From Hyalangium minutum (GTDB lineage Bacteria; Myxococcota; Myxococcia; Myxococcales; Myxococcaceae), in the NCBI RefSeq assembly GCF_000737315.1, contig NZ_JMCB01000001.1:124001-188000 (forward strand): a stretch of DNA of 64,000 bases. Direction: 5' to 3'. The translations under genes and the position numbers were made by a program. Numbering within the stretch: position 1 is the first letter of the stretch; every line of letters begins with the position of its first letter. A model generated the notes under the pieces. The model did no database searches and was not told where the DNA came from. It worked only from the letters and a program-made list of their open reading frames with translations. This document shows positions 44,213 to 53,479 of this stretch, one piece after another.

Positions 44213-47200
44213 TCAGCGGCCGCGCAGGGCCTCCTTCACGTGCTCCGCCATCGTGAGCGCGAAGGGGCGCCGCGGCAGGCTGAAGTGGTTGGCTCCCGGC
44301 ACATCCCTCGTCACCACCTCTCCCTTGAGGTAGGAGCGCCATCCCAGGATGTCGTCGCCGTAGTTATCGGTGAGCATTGTGGGCACCGTGGAGCGCACGA
44401 AGAGGACCCGCCCATCGTAGGGCTGGGCTTGGTAGCGCTCCCACACCGCCACGTGGTGCCGTACCAGCTTCTTGAGGTTCTCCATCTCTGGCTGCCGCGT
44501 GCTGAGCAGGGGCGACTGCTCATCCAGGATCTGCCCCAGCACGGAGTTGCGCTTGGCGAAGGCCAGCAGGCGCCGCTCCATCCAGTCAGAGAAGCCCGAC
44601 GCCTTCTCGCCCCGCTTCGCCCGCTCCGCGCGCCGTGAGGCGAGCCGCACGAACATGTCGTCCATCGCATACGGGGCGAAGCCGCCCCAGATCTCGATGA
44701 AGCTGCGGATCTTGCGGTACATCAGCCGCAAGGGGCTGTGGCCGCTCCAGCGATCATTGGCGAAGGGGGCATCCAGCAGCGCCAGCAGCTCCACCTTCTG
44801 CGAGGCGGCGCGAAGCTGCTGCGCCATCTCGAAGGCCACCATGCCGCCGAAGCAGTAGCCGCCCAGGTAATACGGCCCCTCGGGCTGGACGGTGCGAATG
44901 GCCTGGACGTAGCTCGCCGCCATATCGCGCACGTCCGCTTGGGTCTTGCTCAGATCGGTGATGGCGGGATCCTGGATCGCGTAGACGGGCCGCTCCTTGC
45001 CCACCTGCTGCGCGAAGTCGACCAGGGCAAACGCCACTCCACCCGCGCCGTGCACGCAGAAGAAGGGCGAGCCATTGCCCGCCTTCTGGATGGGGACGAG
45101 CGCGCTGGCGGAGGCTCCCGCGGGGACGATGTCCGCCCGCGCGCTCACGAGCAGAGCCAGCGTGGCCGCCGTGGGAGCCTCGAAGAAGCCCATCAGCGGG
45201 AAAGTACAGCCGAAGGTGTCCTGGACCTCTTTGATCAAGGTGATGGCGGACAGAGAGTTGCCACCCAGCTCGAAGTAGTTGTCCCCCACACCCACCGGGC
45301 GAAGGCTCAGCTGGGCCTCCAACATCTGGACGATCTTCCGCTCCACGTCATTGCGCGGGGCCACGTACGGCTCGGCCATCTCGGGGCGCACGGCCTCGGG
45401 CGGAGGCAGGGCCTTGCGGTCGAGCTTGCCGTTGGGCGTCAGTGGCAGCGTGTCGAGCACGATGAAGTGGGAGGGGACCATGTGCGCCGGCAGCCTCGCG
45501 CCCACCCACTCCCTCAACATGGAGGGCAGCTTGCCTGTGGAGAGGGCCCGCTTGGGGAAGCGGCAGTACTGCTCGGGCGCACCCAGCGTCCCGTATCGGT
45601 CCGGACGGAAGGAGGACGGAACCTGGCCCGCCTTCTCCCGGTAGAACTGCGCGTCGAAGCCACCGGGCGCATCGCCCACAGACCAGCAGATCGCCACACG
45701 CCACCCGTGACGGGCGGCCAGCTCGCGCACCGCCTCCGGGTGCAGCCCCGGCTGGCCCTGGGCCTCCTGGGGCAGGCGCGCATTGGGAATCCCGCGCACG
45801 AGGAAGGCGGGCTCGGAGGACTCCTTCGCCAGCTTCTCCAGCGCGGCCATGTCCACGGGCTGGGTGGCCCAGTCGCGCACCGGCTGCTGCGCGAGGAAGG
45901 CGGGCTGGGACTGAACCTGGAGGAAGGCGTCGTAGCGGAAGCGGGTGAACTCGTTCTCGCTGCGGCCCTCGCGCAGCTCCACGCGCACGCGATCCACCTG
46001 CGGGAACGTCCCCGCCAGAGCGTGGAAGAACTCGGGGCTGATCACCAGCTCCTTCTCGTTGAGCAGCGCCACCTCCAGCCTGCGCGCCAGCTCCTCCTGG
46101 GAGAACGGCTTGGCGGCGCGGTGCCGCAGGATGTCCGCGTGGAACACCTCCTGGAGGTGCGCGTTGCGGATGTCGCCCATGAAGAGCACGCCGCCGGGAG
46201 CCAGCAAGTCCAGCGCCTGGCGAATGACGGACAGGAAGTACTCGGCGTCCGGGAAGTACTGCACCACCGAGTTGAGGATCACGAGGTCATACTCGTGGCT
46301 CCCCAGGCCGGACAGCTGGTTGGCCTCGCGCTGGAGCACGCGGGCGTTGCTCAGCCCCTCCTTCTCAAAGCGGGCCTGCAGGTGATCCACGGCGCTCTGA
46401 GAGAAGTCCAAGCCGGTGTACTGCTCACAGCGCTTGCTGAGCGGCAACGCCAGGAGTCCCAGGCCGCTGCCGATCTCCAGGACGCGGCGCGGGGAGAGCG
46501 CGAACAGCCGCTGGAGCGTGGTATCGGCCCACTCCCGCATCTCCGCTTCCGGCACCAACTGGCCCGTGTAGCTGCTGCGGTAGCCGGCGAACGGGTTGTC
46601 GCGGCTCTCGATGACGGCCTGCCGGCCGCCGCCCTCGTGCAGGTAGGCCTCGTTGAACAACCCCTGCCAGTCTGTGGACTCCGCGCGGCCCACCACCTCC
46701 GCGGGCACCACGTAGCAGATCAGCCGCGAATCCTGGTTCGCGTCCTCGTCCTTGATGACCACGGCTTCGGAGACGGCCGGGTGCTGGCGCAGCGTGTTCT
46801 CGATCTCGCCAGGCTCGATGCGGTAGCCGCGGATCTTCACCTGGTGATCCACGCGCCCCAGGTACTCGAGGTTGCCGTCCGCGTGCATGCGGACGCGATC
46901 CCCGGTCCGGTACCAGCCCTGCACGAACTTCTCCTGGTTGAGCTCCGGCCGGTTGAGGTAGCCACGGGCCACCCCCACCCCACCGATCCACAGCTCCCCC
47001 ACCTCGCCAGCCGGCACGGGCTGGCCCGACTCATCGGCGACCTTCAGCTCGGTGTTGTCGATCGGCTTGCCAATCAGCATCGCCTCAGAGTGGAGATCCA
47101 CCAGCCACCCGGTGGAGTAGATGGTGGTCTCGGTGGGGCCGTACCAGTTCCAAACGCGCTTGCCGCGGGACAGCAGCTGCTCGGCCAGCTCGCGAGAGAG

Positions 47201-48094
47201 AGGCTCGCCGCCAGTGCAGATGGTGAGGTTGGAGCGGCTCTTCCACCCGAGCTTGAGCAGCATCTTCCAGCCCGAGGCCGTGGACTGCGCGTAGGTGGCC
47301 GAGCTGCGCTCCAGGAGCGCGGCGAACCGCTCCCCATCCTTGAGCTCGTTGCGATCGGCCACCCACGTGGTGCCGCCCACCAGCAGCGCCAGGTGCAGCT
47401 CCGCCGCCGCGATGTCGAAGCAGATCGACGCGGTGGCCAGATAGGTATCCGTGGGCCCCATGCCCGTCAGCCGGTGGACGGAGAGCAGCAGGTTGGTGAG
47501 GGAGCGGTGCTCGATCTGCGCCCCCTTGGGCCTGCCCGTGGAGCCCGACGTGTAGAGCACGTAGGCGCGATCCGTGGGCCGCGGGCCGTCCTGCCGGGAC
47601 ACGGGCGGCGCCGCGGCGATGGCGGCGGCATCCCGATCGACGCAGATGGCCTCCGTGCCATCTCCGAGCAGCTCGCCCAGCAGCGCCTCCTCGGTGATGA
47701 CCAGCCGGATCCCCGCGTCCTTCCAGATGTAGCGCAGGTGCTCCGGCGGGTAGTCCGGATCCATGGGCACGTACGAGCCCCCGGACAGCATCACGCCCAG
47801 GGTGGCGGCCACCATGTCGTTGGAGCGGCGCAGCAGGATGCCCACGGGCGTCTCGCGAGTGACGCCACGGGACCGGAGGTAGCCCGCCAGCCGGCAGACC
47901 CGCTCCCTCAGCTCCGCATACGTCCACGCGCGCGACCCGTCCCGGAGAGCGCAGTCCTGGGGCGTCCGCTCCGCCTGCTCACAGAACAGATCACACGCCG
48001 TCCGCTGAAGACGGGAGTGCTCCTCCGGCCCAAATGCCGACTGCGCGGCCACCACCGACGAGCTCACCTGCCGAGCAACACTGGTTCCCTGCAT
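44213..48094 (-). CDS. stand-alone NRPS-like protein: A domain interrupted by N-methyltransferase, PCP, thioesterase with Cys nucleophile; no C domain
   Basis: A motifs YTSGSTGRPKG, FDI, GGE, NWYGPTE, YRTGD, GRVDHQVKIRGYRIE; inserted MT LEIGSGLG and ILNSVVQYFP; A10 PNGKLDR; PCP FELGGNSL; TE GYCFGG..D..NHF. Confidence 0.93.
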   Translation of the reverse strand: MQGTSVARQVSSSVVAAQSAFGPEEHSRLQRTACDLFCEQAERTPQDCALRDGSRAWTYAELRERVCRLAGYLRSRGVTRETPVGILLRRSNDMVAATLGVMLSGGSYVPMDPDYPPEHLRYIWKDAGIRLVITEEALLGELLGDGTEAICVDRDAAAIAAAPPVSRQDGPRPTDRAYVLYTSGSTGRPKGAQIEHRSLTNLLLSVHRLTGMGPTDTYLATASICFDIAAAELHLALLVGGTTWVADRNELKDGERFAALLERSSATYAQSTASGWKMLLKLGWKSRSNLTICTGGEPLSRELAEQLLSRGKRVWNWYGPTETTIYSTGWLVDLHSEAMLIGKPIDNTELKVADESGQPVPAGEVGELWIGGVGVARGYLNRPELNQEKFVQGWYRTGDRVRMHADGNLEYLGRVDHQVKIRGYRIEPGEIENTLRQHPAVSEAVVIKDEDANQDSRLICYVVPAEVVGRAESTDWQGLFNEAYLHEGGGRQAVIESRDNPFAGYRSSYTGQLVPEAEMREWADTTLQRLFALSPRRVLEIGSGLGLLALPLSKRCEQYTGLDFSQSAVDHLQARFEKEGLSNARVLQREANQLSGLGSHEYDLVILNSVVQYFPDAEYFLSVIRQALDLLAPGGVLFMGDIRNAHLQEVFHADILRHRAAKPFSQEELARRLEVALLNEKELVISPEFFHALAGTFPQVDRVRVELREGRSENEFTRFRYDAFLQVQSQPAFLAQQPVRDWATQPVDMAALEKLAKESSEPAFLVRGIPNARLPQEAQGQPGLHPEAVRELAARHGWRVAICWSVGDAPGGFDAQFYREKAGQVPSSFRPDRYGTLGAPEQYCRFPKRALSTGKLPSMLREWVGARLPAHMVPSHFIVLDTLPLTPNGKLDRKALPPPEAVRPEMAEPYVAPRNDVERKIVQMLEAQLSLRPVGVGDNYFELGGNSLSAITLIKEVQDTFGCTFPLMGFFEAPTAATLALLVSARADIVPAGASASALVPIQKAGNGSPFFCVHGAGGVAFALVDFAQQVGKERPVYAIQDPAITDLSKTQADVRDMAASYVQAIRTVQPEGPYYLGGYCFGGMVAFEMAQQLRAASQKVELLALLDAPFANDRWSGHSPLRLMYRKIRSFIEIWGGFAPYAMDDMFVRLASRRAERAKRGEKASGFSDWMERRLLAFAKRNSVLGQILDEQSPLLSTRQPEMENLKKLVRHHVAVWERYQAQPYDGRVLFVRSTVPTMLTDNYGDDILGWRSYLKGEVVTRDVPGANHFSLPRRPFALTMAEHVKEALRGR

Positions 48095-48148
48095 GACAGA
48101 CCTGATCCCTTTGAAATGAAGTCGATGGGGCAGAAGCAGCGGCTGGGC

Positions 48149-48598
48149 TCAGCCCGCCGCGCGAGCGGCACCCTCGGCCCGAGCCTTGAGCGCCTGGTTC
48201 ATCGCCTCGAAGCTCTTGCGGGCGCCCTCTTGAACCTGCGCGCCCATGAGCGCCGAGAGCGGGCCGGTGAAGATCTCACGGTTGACGAACACCGCCTCAC
48301 GGGCGCCCTTCGGCTCCACCGTGCAGCTGTGCCGGCTGACCAGCAACCAGCCATTCAACACCTTACTCTCCCACTCCAGCTCGCGGCCCGGCGTCACCTG
48401 GACGATCTTCGGCCGAAAGCTCCGCACCGTCCGGGGATCCATCTGCACGGTGATCTCCAACGGCTTGCCCACCACCATCTCTCCCTGGGCCTGGCGCAGG
48501 AAAGGGTTCCACTCGGCGAACGCCTTGAAATCCGTCAGGATGCTCCAGACCTGCTCGGCCGGTGCCTGGATATGGATCTCGGTGCGAATCTCTTTCAC
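48149..48598 (-). CDS. SRPBCC/START-like (polyketide cyclase 2 family) lipid-binding protein
   Basis: GTG start with GGAG RBS; IHIQAPAEQVWSILTDF...EWNP; C-terminal helix FEAMNQALKARAE. Confidence 0.85.
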   Translation of the reverse strand: MKEIRTEIHIQAPAEQVWSILTDFKAFAEWNPFLRQAQGEMVVGKPLEITVQMDPRTVRSFRPKIVQVTPGRELEWESKVLNGWLLVSRHSCTVEPKGAREAVFVNREIFTGPLSALMGAQVQEGARKSFEAMNQALKARAEGAARAAG

Positions 48599-48775
48599 GA
48601 GGAACTCCTAAAGAGGGGCAGTTCGAACCAACGGCCCGTCATATATCCCGTCCCCCTGGACTCATGCAAACCTGGAAAGGCTCGCATCTCCGGAGAGCCT
48701 CTCGCCGTGGTTTGCGCGCCCGTGATAGCGTGTTGATCAGTCCCCAAGAGGGGACAACCTTTTCACGGAGAAACA

Positions 48776-50098
48776 ATGTCGGACGAAGGTGAGATCCCCC
48801 GCGGCAAGATGCGTCGGCTCGGGCGCATGCTGACGCTTCCAGGACGTGCAGGCACGCAGCTGGTCTCGGCAGGCCTGCAGAAAGTGCTCGGCAAAGCAGT
48901 GGACCCGGGCCGCGCCGCCGCCTCGCGAGTGATGGAAGTGCTTGGGGAGATGAAGGGCATCCCCGTCAAGGCCGGCCAGCTGATGACCCTCTTTGGCGAC
49001 AACCTGCCCGAGGAGGCCCGCAAGACGCTGGGCCAGCTGTTCGCCAAGACCCCCACGCTGCCTTTTCCGCAGGTGCGCCACGCCCTGGAGACCGAGCTGG
49101 GCAAGTCCCTGAGCGAGGTCTTCGAATCCTTCGAAGAGACGCCCTGCGCTGGTGCCTCGCTCGGCCAGGTGCACCGCGCCCGGCTGCACTCCGGCGAGAA
49201 GGTGGCCGTCAAGGTCCAATACCCCGGCATCGCTGGCGCCATGCAGGAGGATCTCGAGCTGATCCGGCCCATCGTGAAGACCCTGGGCATGGCCGGCAGC
49301 CTCCTCGACACGAAAGAATACTACGAGGAGATGAAGCGCGATCTGGCCGACGAGCTCAACTACAAGCAGGAGCTGGCCAGCCTCGAGCAGTTCCGCACCT
49401 ACCTGTCCCACTGGCCTGAGCTGGTGGTGCCGCGCAGCTTCCCCGAGTTCAGCACCAGCCGGGTGCTGGTGCTCGAGTGGCTCGAGGGGCCCACCCTGCA
49501 CTCCTGGCTGGAGTCGCCTCACCCCGAGAGCGAGCGCCTCGCCCTGGCCGAGAAGCTGGTGCGCGCCGTCTACGGCCCCTTCCTGCTCCACCGCGTGGTG
49601 CACGGCGACACCCACCCCGGCAACTTCCTGGTGCTGGAGGGCGGCAAGCTGGGCGTGCTCGACTTCGGCGCCATCAAGCCCCTCTCCGAGCCCTTCTGGC
49701 ATGCCGTGGTCTCCGTCATGCAGGGCATGCTGGAGAATCGCAAGGTGGACATCGTCCCCCTGGTGCGGCAGGCCGGCTTCCGCCTCGACATGCCCGAGGA
49801 GCGCGCGCGCACCCTCGTCGAGCGCATCCACGAGCTCATCTCCAGCCCCTTCAAGGGGCCCTATGACTTCGGCAGTGATCAGCTCATCGCCGGCTTCACG
49901 GAGCTCAAGAAGAAGTACCCGCTGGATCTGCTCCGCGTCAGGCCTCCGGCGGAGGGGCTGCTCTTCTACCGGGCCATTGGCGGGCTGAGCCAGAACCTGC
50001 GCCGCCTCCAGATCAAGGGCGACTTCCGCCCCTTCTTCCGCGAGGCGCTCGCCGCTCCCCACCACGTCGAACTGGCACGCGCGCGCCGCTTGGGCTGA
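48776..50098 (+). CDS. UbiB/ABC1/AarF atypical protein-kinase-like protein (copy 2)
   Basis: MKG..VKAGQ (KxGQ), AGASLGQVHRA, VAVKVQYPGI, ELNYKQE, HGDTHPGN, LDFG. Confidence 0.93.
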   Translation: MSDEGEIPRGKMRRLGRMLTLPGRAGTQLVSAGLQKVLGKAVDPGRAAASRVMEVLGEMKGIPVKAGQLMTLFGDNLPEEARKTLGQLFAKTPTLPFPQVRHALETELGKSLSEVFESFEETPCAGASLGQVHRARLHSGEKVAVKVQYPGIAGAMQEDLELIRPIVKTLGMAGSLLDTKEYYEEMKRDLADELNYKQELASLEQFRTYLSHWPELVVPRSFPEFSTSRVLVLEWLEGPTLHSWLESPHPESERLALAEKLVRAVYGPFLLHRVVHGDTHPGNFLVLEGGKLGVLDFGAIKPLSEPFWHAVVSVMQGMLENRKVDIVPLVRQAGFRLDMPEERARTLVERIHELISSPFKGPYDFGSDQLIAGFTELKKKYPLDLLRVRPPAEGLLFYRAIGGLSQNLRRLQIKGDFRPFFREALAAPHHVELARARRLG

Positions 50099-50116
50099 GC
50101 GGAGGACGGTGGGGAC

Positions 50117-50170
50117 GGGCCCCTGACGCCAGGGCCTGAGGGATTGGAGCCACTGACGCCCGGTGGCTTC
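50117..50170. terminator. two tandem imperfect hairpins between convergent genes
   Basis: gggcccctgacgccagggcc (50117-50136) and ggagccactgacgcccggtggcttc (50146-50170). Confidence 0.45.
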
Positions 50171-50780
50171 AGTCCTCCACCAGCGGAACGATCCCGAACT
50201 GCTGCCGGAGCTTTTTCAGATCCTCCCCCAGCATGTTCTCCAAGGGCTGCTCGATCAGGCAGACCGCCTTCCTGCCCTGCTCAAGCCCCCACTCCTCGGC
50301 GTGACGCAGCCGAGCTCTGCGGCTGGGGTTGACGACCGCGTAGGCTCTCCTGGCGAAGCGGTACACCCGGCTGCCGGTCTCGGAATATCCCTGCGAATGA
50401 TAGAAGGCATAGGTCCCGAGCTCTCCGACCGTCGTCGCGTCGCACCCCAGGAGGGTATGGAACATGTCGTGCGTTCTCGTCACCCGGGTGGAGAGAGGGA
50501 ACCGGGCGTAGAGCCCGGCCAGTTGAGGCGTCAGATTGACGGTCCCGAGGTTGTAGCGCCGCATGAAGTCGGAATACGCGCGGCCAAAAGTCCCCTTCGG
50601 CATGGCCGCCAATTCGGCCATGTCCACGCGTTTCAAATTGAGATCCATGAAGCCTTTGACCCTCTCACGGATGACGGGGTTCTCATGAGGCTCGGACGCC
50701 ACAGCCTTGAGCACGGCGACATCTCCCATGCGCTTCTCGTGCAGTGCCAAGATCATCGCCGCGAGGACATCCACCTTCAT
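50169..50780 (-). CDS. Coq4-family metalloprotein (copy A)
   Basis: ATG at 50780 with AGGAG RBS, overlapping the upstream SDR stop (ATGA). L..MPKGTFGRAY..FM and HDMFH-x11-E (HDMFHTLLGCDATTVGE), the Coq4 metal-binding motif. Confidence 0.85.
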   Translation of the reverse strand: MKVDVLAAMILALHEKRMGDVAVLKAVASEPHENPVIRERVKGFMDLNLKRVDMAELAAMPKGTFGRAYSDFMRRYNLGTVNLTPQLAGLYARFPLSTRVTRTHDMFHTLLGCDATTVGELGTYAFYHSQGYSETGSRVYRFARRAYAVVNPSRRARLRHAEEWGLEQGRKAVCLIEQPLENMLGEDLKKLRQQFGIVPLVED

Positions 50781-51694
50781 CTGGGCTCTCCTGTGCTCAC
50801 TTTCACCCTCTCCATCGCCGAGGGTGACATGCTCACTCCCGTCACACGCTCCGAGTACTCCCAGAGCTTGCGCGCTGTCTCGACATCGTACGAGCTCTTG
50901 CTCGAGCGCTCTTCCTGGCACTTGCGCCAGATCCCGCCAAAGTACTTGCCGCTCACGCCCTCCAGCTCCGGGGCTGACGCGGCCCAGACCTGCGTCACCG
51001 CGCCTTCCTCGGGCGTCAGAAACCCGAGCGACCTGACCGCCATGAGCATCGCCACGGCCGGCAGCAGGAAGACCGCGCCGGAGTTGGCGTTGATGCTGGT
51101 GGCGGCCGCCCCGGGATGGACGCAGTTGGCCGTCACGCCAGTTCCCTCCAGCCGCCGTGCCAGCTCGTAGGTGAACAGGACGTTGCACAGCTTGGAATGG
51201 GCGTACGACTTGAGCATGCTGTAGCCGCGCTCAAGCTGGAGATTGTCGAAGTCCAGGGCGTACTGCCCGTGCTTATAGGACGAGACGTTGACGATGCGGG
51301 AAGGAGCCCCCGCCCGGAGCGCCTCCAGCAATTGGAGCGTCAGGGCGAAGTGGCCCAGGTGGTTCACGCCCAACACCATCTCGAACCCGTCCACCGTCGT
51401 CCGCCGCTCGGGCAGCGCCAGGCCAGCGTTGTTGACCAGCGCATGGAGCCGGTCATACCGCGCGCTGAACTGCTCGACGAAGGAGCGGATGGAGGCCAGC
51501 GAGGCGAGATCGCAGAGCATCAGCTCCACCTCCCTGTTTCCAGAGCGGCCCCGCACCTCGTCCCGCGCGGCCTCACCTCGGGCCTTGTCACGGCACACCA
51601 TCACCACCCGGGCCCCTTGCCGCGCCAACGCCAACGCCGTCGCGCGCCCCAGCCCCGCATTGGCCCCCGTGATCAAACAAATCTTGTCTTGCAT
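50777..51694 (-). CDS. short-chain dehydrogenase/reductase, retinol-dehydrogenase/WWOX-like (copy A)
   Basis: ATG at 51694; ITGANAGLG, CDLASLASI, LVNNAG, NHLGHF, IVNVSS, YAHSK, VHPG. Confidence 0.92.
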   Translation of the reverse strand: MQDKICLITGANAGLGRATALALARQGARVVMVCRDKARGEAARDEVRGRSGNREVELMLCDLASLASIRSFVEQFSARYDRLHALVNNAGLALPERRTTVDGFEMVLGVNHLGHFALTLQLLEALRAGAPSRIVNVSSYKHGQYALDFDNLQLERGYSMLKSYAHSKLCNVLFTYELARRLEGTGVTANCVHPGAAATSINANSGAVFLLPAVAMLMAVRSLGFLTPEEGAVTQVWAASAPELEGVSGKYFGGIWRKCQEERSSKSSYDVETARKLWEYSERVTGVSMSPSAMERVKVSTGEPR

Positions 51695-51713
51695 CCCAGC
51701 CCCCACAAACGGC

Positions 51714-52373
51714 CTACCGGAAGAGGCTCGCGATCGCCGCTGGCAGCCCCGTGGGGCTCGCCCGGAAGTAGATGTCCAGGTGATCGTCATCCGTCCGGAC
51801 GGCCCGCAGCCCCACAACGGGGTTGATCGTCGCCAGGAAGCGGCGGATGCCCGGGTTGTTGGCAAAGTCAGGGCTCTTCAACAAGTCGAAGCACACCCGA
51901 TCATCTTGGGCCTCGACCAGGGTGGGGGGGCGCTCGGGCAGGTGCACCAGCAGGTTGGCCGGCTTGGTGAAGTCGAGCTCCCCCGACTTGATCTTCGCGA
52001 TGACCGGAGAGGTGCCGTCACCCTCGTCGAGGATCTCGGCCTTCATCTCCGAGACACGGAACTCCAAGCGCACCTCGTCCTTGTTGATGCGCAGATCATC
52101 CAGCGCGACCACGAGCGAAGCGCGGAGCAGCGAGGAGCCCAGGGCATCGAGTGTCGTGGTGAGCTTCAATCCCGGGGGCGCGGGCGAGATGATGACGTCC
52201 TTCTTGTGCCCCTGCCCCGAGACGAACGTACGGGCCAGGTAGCGCGGCACGGCCAGGGGGATGCCCAGCCGCAGCTTCATCATCCCTCGGATGGCCCGGG
52301 GAACCTCTTCTGGGTGCTCCTTGAGATACTCCTTCACCGCGAGGAAGAGCGTTTTGGCGTTCGGCTTGCTCAT
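51714..52373 (-). CDS. hypothetical protein (219 aa)
   Basis: Co-oriented ORF filling the gap between the two SDR genes; ATG at 52373; no recognisable motif. Confidence 0.65.
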   Translation of the reverse strand: MSKPNAKTLFLAVKEYLKEHPEEVPRAIRGMMKLRLGIPLAVPRYLARTFVSGQGHKKDVIISPAPPGLKLTTTLDALGSSLLRASLVVALDDLRINKDEVRLEFRVSEMKAEILDEGDGTSPVIAKIKSGELDFTKPANLLVHLPERPPTLVEAQDDRVCFDLLKSPDFANNPGIRRFLATINPVVGLRAVRTDDDHLDIYFRASPTGLPAAIASLFR

Positions 52374-52440
52374 GGCTTGTGGCGACTTCCCTTCAGGCAA
52401 TGGGTGACGGTGCGGAGCCCAGGCCCCGGCCTCGGCGGGC

Positions 52441-53313
52441 TCAGGGCAGGGACACGCCGGTGAGCTGTTCGGACTCCTGCCATAGCTTGAGCGCCAGCGC
52501 CTCATCGTACGTAGCGGGGCTGGAGCGCTCCTCCTGGCATTTGCGGAAGACGCCTCCAAAGTACTTCCCGCTCACCCCGTCGAGCTCCGGCGCGCTCGCG
52601 GCCCAGATCTGGGTGTGGGCGCCCCACTCGGGGGTGGCCAGGCCGAACGCCCGCAGCGTCAGGGCCAGCCCAATGAAGGGGAGCATGGCAATGGAGCCGG
52701 AGTTGCTCCCCATGCTGGTCGCGGCCCCTCCCGGGTGCACACAGTTGGTGGTCACCTTCGTGCCACGCAGGCGGCGCGCAAGCTCGTAGGTGAAGAGCAC
52801 ATTGCACAGCTTCGACCGGGAGTACGCCTTCATCATGCCGTAGCCGCGCTCCAGCTGGAGATCATTGAAGTCCAGCGGGTACTGGCCGTGCTTGAAGGAA
52901 GAGACGTTGACGATGCGGGAGGGCTGGCCGGCCTTGAGCGCGTCCAGCAGCAGCAGCGTCAGCGCGAAGTGGCCCAGGTGGTTGACCCCGAAGACCATCT
53001 CGAAGCCGTCCCCCGTCTGGGCCCGCTTGGGGAGCGTGACGCCGGCATTGTTCACGAGGACATGCAGCTGGGAGTACTTCGCCTTGAACTGCTCGACGAA
53101 GGAGCGAATCGAGGCGAGCGAAGCCAGATCGCAGAGCATCAGCTCCACCGCGTCGTTGCCCGTCCGGCCCCGGATCTCGTCCCGGGCTGCCGCTCCCCGC
53201 TCGCGGTCGCGGCTCATCACCACCACCGTGGCGCCCTTCGCCGCGAGCGCCATCGCCGTGGCCCGCCCCAATCCGGCGTTCGCCCCGGTGACAATACACA
53301 CTTTGCCTTCCAT
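52441..53313 (-). CDS. short-chain dehydrogenase/reductase, retinol-dehydrogenase/WWOX-like (copy B)
   Basis: VTGANAGLG, CDLASLASI, LVNNAG, NHLGHF, YSRSK, VHPG; close paralog of 50777-51694. Confidence 0.93.
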   Translation of the reverse strand: MEGKVCIVTGANAGLGRATAMALAAKGATVVVMSRDRERGAAARDEIRGRTGNDAVELMLCDLASLASIRSFVEQFKAKYSQLHVLVNNAGVTLPKRAQTGDGFEMVFGVNHLGHFALTLLLLDALKAGQPSRIVNVSSFKHGQYPLDFNDLQLERGYGMMKAYSRSKLCNVLFTYELARRLRGTKVTTNCVHPGGAATSMGSNSGSIAMLPFIGLALTLRAFGLATPEWGAHTQIWAASAPELDGVSGKYFGGVFRKCQEERSSPATYDEALALKLWQESEQLTGVSLP

Positions 53314-53479
53314 GATTCTGGAGTCCTAGGAGTCTGGTAGGGGGTCAGGCGTCCAAGGAGACCAGCCGATCTGGTGCATTGCGCGTCTGTGCGCGTCCCC
53401 GGCACCACCTTGGGCTCGGGGGAGGCCAGATCGATGATCCAGTCGCCTCCCCCTCGCTACTGAATCCGGAACACAATGA

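Noticed and set aside
44738-48736. 1332-aa plus-strand ORF
   Set aside because: Antisense shadow of the NRPS gene. High-GC codon bias keeps the opposite frame open, and the translation has no motifs.
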